Below, piece after piece: positions 53,479-64,000 of a stretch of 64,000 nt of DNA; within the stretch, counting starts at the first letter, position 1, and each line of letters begins with the position of its first letter. Source of the DNA: Octopus vulgaris (taxonomy: Eukaryota); the NCBI GenBank assembly GCA_951406725.2, contig OX597818.1, forward strand, positions 9,052,001-9,116,000, given 5' to 3'. The notes under the pieces were generated by a model. It made no database searches. It had not been told where the DNA came from and worked only from the letters and a program-made list of their open reading frames with translations. The translations under genes were made by a program, and so were the position numbers.

Positions 53479-56434
53479 TAAGTATGCATGCAAGTATGTC
53501 TGAGAAGAGATTATTGTGGATATCCAAATCATATGAAACATTGTAGTCACTATAATAATAATCACGCAATTTTTATCACCATCATCATCGCTATCATTAT
53601 TTCAATTTTGATTATAAAAAATAACAATAAAAGCAATAATATAGACTGTATTAATCGGCACAACTCCAACATGAAAGTTAGTACTGATTTATTAACCCTG
53701 CCACCTCCCCTTCATTTCGTATGACTAAGCATTGGCTGTAATTAGTCCGAACTTGCTGACACTCGAGCAAGGTGGCTATTGGGAATGCTAGAAAGAGATT
53801 TACTTGAAGATCCTTGCTATTTCCTCTTTTAAAAGAAACAATTCCTGCTATTCAATTTCTCCTTTTATATTAGTCAAAGATTTCTTAAGAAGATCCACGG
53901 ACCTTTTATTGCTTGTATTCAAGAAAGAAAACTCTATTCATTCCGCGCACTGAACGAAAGGAAATATCTTAGCCAGAACAGCCAGTTAACATTTCAATAA
54001 TATTTCACTTAACTTAGATCGGGGAATGGGCAACCGAAAGCATCTCTGTTCTATAAAACCATTAGATCTATTCGGCTTTTAGATAAGATTATTTCATTAA
54101 TGAATCCATCGTAGATTTGTATGGGACCAACTTTTCAGTGGAACGAGAAATGGAAACAATAAAATAGCTATTCAACCACTTCAATGACGTTAGAAAGGAT
54201 ATATAGAATCAATATATTTCATTATTTTATTGCTAGAGAAGAGATCAGTTATTTAATCCGGTGACAAAGGAGTTGGGAACAATAACAATATGCTACTTTC
54301 AGGCTGCAGCAAATTTTCTTGTCATGATATAGTAATAATATCGGTAATATAGTGGTGCAACTCTAACGTTTTCCTTACATATGTGATGCTAGTTTTCTAG
54401 ATGGATTGATGTAAAATATATTTTATAGATATGCATATTTTTGTTTTTATCGTTTGTTTTTATTCTTTTTCTTACTTCTTTTAAACCCTTCATTGTTTCT
54501 GAAAGGTATTTAGGATTTTCCGATTGTTATTTGTGAGACTAGAAAATAAATTGGAAAGAATTTTACCACAGATCAAAGTTGCAGTAGTTGTACAGATTTA
54601 ACGTTAGTATTAAACAGATTTAATTTTGAGATCATAAATTGAGAGATCTAATGCTGATGTTATAACGTTTCAACTGTACATGCACAGTTGTAACATTTAC
54701 AATATAACTGTAGAAATTTAATGTTGGTACTATAGCTGTAGAGACGAAATGATACTGTTGTAGATATATAGATGTAAATTTGGTTATATGGACACAGAAA
54801 TGTAATGTCATGACAAATATCCATAGATGTTGACATAGATGTGCATATGCGATACTGATATCGAAGAAGTAGTGACTCAATGTCGACATTATAGATGTAA
54901 CAATACTACTGTGAATATAAGGGGTGCATTATGGATTTAGAGATATAACATTAATATTTTAGAAGATAGAGATGTAATGTTCGCAAATAATCACATAATG
55001 TTGGAAATAAACAAATGAGGAGAATCACAGATTAATTGCTAATATGGTAATTATACAGGTTTTAAATTGTCTCTGACACACGATATAATGTTACTATTAC
55101 TGAGATGCTTATATAACTTTAGGAATTAAGAGACACAGAAGTTATGCTGGCTTGGGAAGTACATGTGGGTTTGACATGTTGAGTTATCAATGCAACAAAC
55201 TGGGGGTATAGATATGATATTCATATTTTGGAAGTATGTGTGTGATATTAGTATTGAGGAGAAACAGAGAAGTATAGGAAATATACAAATACAATAAGAG
55301 TGTCGTGAAAACACTTTGACATTTTGATCGTACTGAAACAACAATACAATACAGATACGTAACGATTCCTCAACTGTGTTTCGGCATGTTGATAAGCTAG
55401 TGTTTTGGAATTGATATTATTATTACTAGTTTCACATTTTTATTTATAGATGATAATAAATGGAGGGTGGTTGCCACATGCATTCATAATAATTTATTAT
55501 TCTTATTATAAAATTCGTCATTTTATAGCTCTCAATATTAAAATTACAGTTTATTTTATGAATCTGCAGAAGAGAAAATGGAAACCTCTTAAAGCTACTG
55601 TAACAAATATTTTGTAGACAGATTGAAAAGATCAGAAAAATTGCAAAAATTGCAGTTAATATATCAATACCTGGATACCAGCATCAAATATATTTTCTTC
55701 TTTAATAAATACATTAAAATTCTGTGAACGAATTTAAAATGTACACAAATGTACGCATTCAGCACACTTGTATAGGAATGGTTTTTAGTATAAGTAAATA
55801 TATTCACATTTCAGAGTTCATCCATCAGTTTTTTCACTTATTTATTTTTCTATCTAGCTGTCTGTATATCTGTGTGTGTGTGTTTGAGTGTTTTATTTGG
55901 CTTTTTAATCATGCTTCCAATGTCTTTAATTGTAACTCTGTAAGCCACTTTCTTCCCTTCTTTCTTACTTTCTTTACTCGGATTTCATTTCTGATTCCAT
56001 TTCCGTCTTTATTTCCCGTCGACACTTTCTGTATTTCTTACGCACACTATCTCATACACACCAACACGCTTATACACTCACACCTGCTATAACACAAACA
56101 AACACACTTTATTTCTCCCATTCTGTCTTCTACCATTTCTTTCTCATTACTCTCGCTATTTCGAATATTTCTTTCGGATATTTTTTAAGGAGAAATTGAA
56201 ACTTCCATAATTTTTTCAGCAACATTGACATTTGGACATTTTTTCAATTGTCTTATAGTTAATTATTTCAAACATTATTAAATATTTATTGATAACACAT
56301 CCTACTTATTTCTCAAACAATGGCTGTCTTGTTCGGATGTGCACTCATGTGAATATAGTGTAAGTATACCTATAAAATATGTGCGTATATATGTGAATAT
56401 ATATGTGTTTATGTGTATTGTTGTGCTTGTAAGC

Positions 56435-56470
<36 letters not shown>

Positions 56471-56621
56471 TCTGTCAATGTTAATGCCATTTTTTCCTAC
56501 TTAGATTTATTTGCTTACATAAATCAAAGATCTCACACGTTTCCTGACACAGATCAATAAGAATTAAGATAAATGCCAATTAAGTGTAAACAACTGATGT
56601 CATTTAAATAGAAATTTATTT

Positions 56622-56637
56622 GCATGCATATGCGTAT

Positions 56638-56668
<31 letters not shown>

Positions 56669-56860
56669 TGTATATATATATATATGCATACATACATTTA
56701 TATATATGTACATATATATATATACATATATATATCTATGTATATATGTACATATATACATATATATGCATAAACATACATATATATATATGTATATATG
56801 TATATATATATGCATATATATATATACACGTATACATAAATATATATGCATGTACACACG

Positions 56861-56921
<61 letters not shown>

Positions 56922-56924
56922 ATA

Positions 56925-57020
<96 letters not shown>
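56622..57020. repeat. compound (TA)n/(CATA)n microsatellite
   Basis: Directly visible. Confidence 0.95.
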
Positions 57021-57021
<1 letters not shown>

Positions 57022-57348
57022 CCTGAACGGTAGTAATACATTCATATATGCATATGCGGCCAAAAATGAACGCATCCTCTCATATTGTATATATGTGAAA
57101 TATCGAAACTGTAACACTTGTATCATGCAAGCTGTTTCCTGTTTGTGCATACATATATGAATATATATGTAGAACCACTTATAAACACTTACAAATATAC
57201 AATTTCTATTATGGAAGCAATAATAACAGTATGGTCATTTTACTCACATTTCAGATATCTAATATCAGGCGATAGTAAATTCTGGAAGGCGTAATCAAGA
57301 TAAGAAAAAGAGACACATAATTATAAATGTAATAAGTACCCATGCTTA

Positions 57349-57419
<71 letters not shown>

Positions 57420-57422
<3 letters not shown>

Positions 57423-58500
57423 TAAAAAGAATTCCAACCTTGTCTGATTTTCACGTTTTATTTACAATCTTATAATGATATATTATAAGATAATATATTA
57501 TAATTGAATAAAATAAAATGAAATAGTAGAATGTTAAATATTCATTCTGATTGAACTAGTACTTTCATGCATTGAATTCTGCAATCTTCGGGTTCATGTA
57601 GTAGTGTTGACAGTCATGCTTCACAATTTTTGACTGTAGCAAGATGAGTGATTCTGTGCTATAAATACAGCTGGGTAGGCTCCAGAGTGCTAGGTTTTGC
57701 AAACTGTATTCTGACCAATCAGTGTGTAGTATCACTCAATTACTTAAGCTGATTGGTTGGTTGAGCTGATTGGTTTAGGCATCACGCTTTGTTGGACAGG
57801 TCAAGAGTCCTGTATCTTGACCCTGGCCGAAGCAGCAATTGTTGGGTTATTTTTAGAAATGTTGTAAATATCCTTTGTCAGAGATTTTTATATTTTTATA
57901 TTTCAATTGTCATCATCATCATTGTCAGCACCTTAATTATTGTTGCTAGTGGTGATGGTGGTGGCAATAGAATTTTTAACCCTAAATAAGATAATTTTCC
58001 TGCTATCTTCGTCTTGATCACCTTTAGTATTGTTGTTGTTGTTAGTGGTCATGGTCGTAGCAGTGGAAGTAATACCTCTAAGTATTATTATTATTGCTTA
58101 TTTAGCTTGGGTTCGAATTTATCAATAAAATTCTTTTCTCTGATTTTCCTCTCGATTTCACTTGGGCTGTGTAATTTGTAGAATGGAAATATTATATATA
58201 TTTTCCGACCACATGTTGCTAGGTGGTTACTCAAAGGTATCTGACGGACCTCTGGGTCTCTAATCTGTTGCCGGTGTACACGTGAGCGTTCTAATAGTGC
58301 GTTTCCCGTCTGACCTACATATATTTCTTCACAATTTGGGCATTTGATGCAGTAAATTAAATTTCTGCTTTTGCAGTTCATATTCGCGTTTGTGAATATT
58401 TTCCCGGTTTTTGTGTTTATATATTGACCGGTATGTATGAATTGGCATGTGCCACATCGGCTATCATTGCATTTAGATACCGTGAATGTTTGGTCTTTGT
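57420..58500 (-). mobile_element. Penelope-like element 3' fragment: open GIY-YIG endonuclease frame (58091-58500) plus pLTR
   Basis: CNDSRCGTC...NLIYCIKCPNCEEIYVGQTG...RVHRQQIR...IFPFY...REKNFIDKFEPKLN; 5'-truncated, no RT; (TA)n on both sides. Confidence 0.92.
57552..57596 (-). ncRNA. minimal type I hammerhead ribozyme (U4C variant) in Penelope pLTR
   Basis: TGAAC CCGAAGA T TGCA GAATTCAA TGCA T GAAA GTAC TA GTTCA: perfect 5-bp stem I, 4-bp stem II, palindromic stem III (AGTACT); same strand as the GIY-YIG ORF. Confidence 0.75.
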
Positions 58501-61500
58501 TATATATATATATATATATATATATTACAGGGAGAGAGAAAGAGAGAGAGAGAGAGAGGCAGAGAGACAGAGATAAACACAAATATGTAAATATATATGT
58601 GACCGTCTGTCTGAATTTGTATGTATTTATGTAGTTATTTATGCATGCCTGTATGCCTGCATGTATATACGCGGAACGTAGAAAAGGAAATATTAGTATT
58701 TGCTGGACCCAAATCTACATTTAGCCATGAAAATCACCCTATAATTGAAAGTATAATGTTGTCCTGAACATTATCCTCCTCTGTTAATTGTAACATTTTA
58801 ATCGTACGCTTTCTTTCCCATTTTAATGAGGACAACTTGATAACTATGTACAGAATACCTTCTCTATCCTTTGAAATTAAGATATGGATCATCAGTTTCG
58901 AAATTACTCTCAGATTTTGAATAACGCATCTGTAATTCACTGTGGTGTAACACGTAAAAACTTATTTCTGTTGATGGAGAGTTGATATTGGATTGGAGAG
59001 TTGAGGAATGTATCTTTACCTTTAAAGAAAGCTTTGGCACTATTACAATGCTTATATTAAAGAAAATACAAAAGTGATTAACAAATGGAGACCTACAACT
59101 CGTTGTTGATTACTTGTAATTTCTTTGACAACTGATTAATGATAAAACGTTAATCAAGTCAAGGGAGACATTGAAGACACAGAAGACCAAAAAGAAGCTT
59201 TTTGTTCGGTTTGTGTGTGTTGTTGTAGTTAGTATTAATGGTGTGGTAGCTTTTCTTGTTTAACCCCATCAACTCTAACTGAAAACTACCACGACTGATT
59301 CGGGTCTTTTTCTTTATTTTTATATTTTCCTCAAATATGCTGAACATAATATAGCGTTATCCATTGTGCCATTCATCTTTTAAGGTAAATACGTGTGTTT
59401 TGAAGAAAGATATTTTCTATTTCTGGCAGGCCGCGTGACTACATAAAAACTACTATGCTAGACCGCATGTGATTCCACCATTGGTTTCATCGGTGTTTCA
59501 AGCTGAAATTCTGATTCCAGTTCTGGAAAGAAAAGTGTTCCATTCAGTACTATCCCAACATTCTATCGAGCGTCACACATCTCGATTTACATAATTCGAT
59601 GTGGTTAACTGTGTACAACACAGCTGGGATTATTTTTAGCGAGATTTCGCAGCAATTACCAAAAGATATAACGGCCAGGTAAAGGATTTCCTCAAAGCAA
59701 TAACATGCTAATTAAAGTACTTAGTACTTGTCATATATTTCTGGTGTACTGAAATACTTTGTTGACTGCAAGGAGGTTTACAACTCAGAATGAAATTCAG
59801 AAATGAAAATAAGTACCGAATTTTATTACATTGTAAGCCGTATCCTATGTGGCAGGTTGATACACAAAAAAGAATAATGATTTCTAGACTATATTTTAAG
59901 ATATATTGCGAAAAGATCTTCACTGTATGGAGATACAGAAATATAACACTAAACAAGCTTAATTTCAATTAGAGATTTAGTCTCGCATGTTTTAATGGAC
60001 TTCAGTAGAACTTTATTCATTAGCTATATTACTGGGTTGGTCAGTTTTTATTTATCACTTTTATAAGGAGCTACGAACGATATCGTGACTACAAGAACAA
60101 TCCTTGCTTGACTCGTTGACATCTTGATTTCTTGTATATAATCCAAAAGCTTGCAGAATGGTTACAGTATGTTGCAATTACCTTTTGAGTCCAAATCACA
60201 CAGGAAGTCACTATTGCTTTTCATAATATCAGCGTCGATAAAATAATATTTAGCTGAAATAGTAGATAGTTCTTATAAAGCACCCTACTTAACAGTGAAG
60301 ACCAAGTCAATTTTGGATATTAGTATCTTTTTTTTATTTACCAGTAAAGGGGCATATGTGTGATAGCGAATACATTTTAGATTACATATCACGTTAAATT
60401 ACGTAGCATTCTGTCTATTTTGGAACTATTCTTGATAAGATTAAGATATAAAGGATTACTTTTTTCTTGATTTCCTGTCATAAAAAGTCTATCACTTATG
60501 GTTAACTTTAGAAATATCACATGAAGCACATGTCACCCATCAAGAAATTGTTTTCCTTTTCAAAGTCAGTCTTTAAAACTCGTAAATATGTCCACTGAGA
60601 TCTATCGGAGATTGCATCTCTTATTTTCTTTTACTCTTTTGACTAACACATCTCTTTCACATGGTCATGTCTGTATCATTTATTTATAACTGCTTCGTAA
60701 GATAACTCTTCTTCATTTCCCTTGTCTGCCACTTGAAATAGTTCTTTTTTTTTATTTTGCTATTTTAGTACTGTCCGAAGAGGAAGATTATTTACCTGGA
60801 TGTCACGAGACTCAGATAATCTCAGAGTATGAAGAAGTAGTTAGAATGAATAAATGACTGAGAAAGTCAATAGAAGTGAAGTGATTAATGTTTAGAAAGA
60901 CAGTGTTTAATGTATGAAAGGTGCTAATTGTGCAGAAATTGGACAATTTATTTAACTCTTGTGTGCAAAAGTTCGGAAGAAAATCAAATTATTTATTTTG
61001 TCTAGACACAAAGAAAGTCACATTCGTTGATTTACTAAGTTGTGTTAGCGGACGTATCTATAGGTTAAGATATTCAGATCGCAATCACGTCATCCTTCGT
61101 TCGATCCTTATATGAAATTGTATTCATGGAAAAATTGTGAAAGTATGTAGAAGCTATACATGTTTATAGATATTTTTTAATCTGTCACCCACTTCAAAAA
61201 CAGAATCGGATCTTAGAGTTCTTTTATGGTAAGTATTTTAGGCGCCTCTTCAAGAATGTTGTCATTTACCGTTACTCCGCTAAGAAGTTTCAAATATACA
61301 CAATATTCATTCTACCAGAGAATATCACTGCTCCAAAGATATACAGATGCTGGAGTGAAGAAAGTTGAAGTCAATCATACCCACAATTAGATCCTCCTCA
61401 AATGCGATAGCTTAAATAGATTTGGTCGGGCATCAGTTATTTCATGCAGGAATTTTACATGTAGATATTCACCAGTCAAAGAAACAAAGAACGCAGGTTC

Positions 61501-63378
61501 ATAACATGAGAATTTTCTTCATTATTCATATCACGTCTTTATATATGGCATAATTTTTCAGCATAAAATGTTTCGCTGATAAAATAATCATTTATATTTC
61601 TTTAGCGTGTTAATGGGGTCATGGTTGTCCAACTCTGTTGGTCAGTTGGCCAAGAAAACGCTTGTCCATTAACATGTTATTATAAATGTAAGGATATACA
61701 GAAAATATAAGCTGTTTGTAAAATTTATGTAACTTTCCTCCTGTTTGGGATCGTTACTTGCTTATAGCGAGTTTTATCACTAGTTCATTGTGTTTTGGTC
61801 TTATTGAATTCTAATCCAAAATCACTGGCTTATTATTCGGAATATATCGACAGACATACACACACACACACACACACAAACACACATACACGTTGTCACA
61901 CAAGTACAAATATATATGTGTGTATAAGAACATAAAATAGATGTGCATATATACAAACTCCCCGTCTACGTAGTTTAATCTAATGTATTGCATTCATGTA
62001 ATGCGATGTTTTAACTCCACCGTATTCATACTTTTCTCGATGCTAAGTGTAACATAACTGAGGGGAAAGCCATTCAAGTAGAAACTGAAATCTCGTTGAC
62101 ATATATATAGTTGGCAAGGTCTCACCTCTCACACTACATCACTGATTAGAGTTGAAAGAAATGAGTTTAAATGGTTGCCGATGGAAGGTTATCAGACGTG
62201 GTGGGGATATATGCTTTAAGGAATGCATCAATGATTTATATGCACATTTTCTAAATCAATAAACCGAACTACCCTTGCTAACTACCTTGAAAGGGATGCT
62301 GTTATCACTCGGCCCGCGAGAAACAGCAGTAAATTTTCTTGAAAATTACGCCGTAGTATCTGAAAGCACAACTGTTACTCACTATGTTTAAGATGTTGTA
62401 TTCCAAATTATATTACACAGGAAAAACAAAAGACGAGGGGAGAGCACGGCTGTAATATAATGGGTTATGAGGCTGCTGAATCATAGCTGACCTGGCTCTA
62501 AGCATAACAAGTGATAATGAAATGTAAAACACTAAAAAACATATTCTACAATTAATGCAAATATGTACATTGCTGTGATATTCCTAAAACAGTAAAAGGG
62601 TTAAATGCATATCAATTTATATCATATTTCAATGATTATGTTGGTTGATATCATCTTATTTCCTTCGCTAAAGATTAATGATATTTTAATTGGATGACCT
62701 TAATTGGGAATGCCAGTTAATTCCTCGATAAAATAAAAAACAAAAAAAAAACAAAGACAATTGGACTATAATTTACTATGCTGCTGTTAATTACGCTGAA
62801 CTATAGAGAAAGTAAAACACACCTGATTTTCCCTAATTGCATGCTCAAGAACAGAATAATGGTTTTGAAAATGAGGAGGGGTGATAATTTGACTAGCATA
62901 AAAAACAATATTTGCGTAAAACCAAAAATGGAAACAAAAGATGTCCGTTTGCTGAACTAGATTTCGTGCAATTTTATCCCTTTAAAGGCCAAGTTTAATT
63001 GTTTGTCGGGATTAAACTACATATCTGTTTCCGTAAGTGTTATTAAAATTAAGCACAACCACTATATCTGGTTTGAGAGCAATAGCATTGATGTTACAGA
63101 CAAAGGAGCGTCTACATAGACATGCAGTATGCTAGGAATGGTAACGAAATTTTCTTCAAATATTACTCTGCTAATTATGCTCTAAATAGGGTGATACTAG
63201 ATACAGTAATTCTGAAAATTAATAACTTCCGGCCTGTATTACTTTTGATTATAAATCAGCTCAGTCACTTTAGACTTGAGCGGTAAAGAATCTTCATAAC
63301 AACTGAGGTTGTAGTTTAAAAATGAATATTTATCTGAAACAAATTATGGTGGATCTAGGTGACTGATTGAATACTTTA

Positions 63379-64000
63379 GGGTGACCAGTAAGTTCGGTCC
63401 TGGAAGATTCGACCTGTAAAATTCGGTTCCAGAAATTATTAGTAAACTACCCATGAAAAGATTAATTAAACAAATAAAAAAAATACATAGCTAAATAGAA
63501 GAGTAATTTTCTTGAAAAAGTAAAGTATCAATTACTTCTTCTGGTGGTAAAAATGCCAGTGTGCAGAACATTTTTATTTTAGTTGGAAAGGATCCATCAG
63601 TACTATATTGAACTTTATATCCAAGTTGGCATAATTTCTTATAAACTGTCTGGTAAAATGAAATAAACAACATCCGCTGGTGCTTCCAGTAAAGTTATGG
63701 TCACAGTTTTTACGAATTTCCTGTTCAAAGTCAATCAATACTTGACGTGGCTTAATATTGGGCCGCAAATTTTTATTTGAAGAAAAGTCTTGCCATATGT
63801 TGCTTGTGTTTTGAGCGGCAGTAGAATAAAAACTCGAGGATAAGATCAACCATTTATGATAACAAGAATGGTGAAAAGCTGATACCATGCATTCGGTGAT
63901 GATTTGAATGTACCATCCATTCCTAAAAATGAGGTGTTTTCCAGTTGTTGGAAACCATCGTTAGAGGCAAAGATTAAAATCCTCTTTTCATCATTACTGC
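63379..64000 (-). mobile_element. MULE/Mutator-family transposase remnant running off the window, with a probable terminal repeat at 63379-63435
   Basis: DGTFKSSPNAWYQLFTI, VLIDFEQ, GCCLFHF (CxxH motif) and LAFLPPEEVID across shifted frames; TTCGGTCC-like subrepeats after GGGTGACC. Confidence 0.8.

Noticed and set aside
58501-58582. N-terminal part of the 163-aa ORF (58091-58582)
   Set aside because: It derives from (GA)n/(TA)n microsatellite and is not part of the Penelope protein, so the ORF is not an intact gene.

Overview
AT-rich, repeat-saturated eukaryotic DNA with no recognisable intact host gene. The dense (TA)n/(CA)n/(TAA)n/(GATA)n microsatellites and the SINE/LINE families look like an octopus (cephalopod) intergenic or intronic region; this is inference, not verified. 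Nearly all listed ORFs are microsatellite artefacts or transposon remnants. Supported content: a full-length but inactivated IR/DR-type Tc1 (DD34E), mariner and MULE remnants, a non-autonomous Helitron, two RTE LINEs (one near full length and split by a Penelope insertion), several Penelope-like (GIY-YIG) fragments, L1/Tx1-like and R4/Dong-like LINE remnants, and many tRNA-derived SINEs. The most interesting signal is RNA-structural. A 472-bp tandem-plus-inverted repeat carries a type I hammerhead ribozyme in each unit (retrozyme or Penelope-pLTR like). Three further hammerhead-like motifs share an unusual U.U closing of stem II. A pseudoknot-like motif marks the RTE 5' end. All alignments were done by eye, so boundaries of degenerate elements are approximate.
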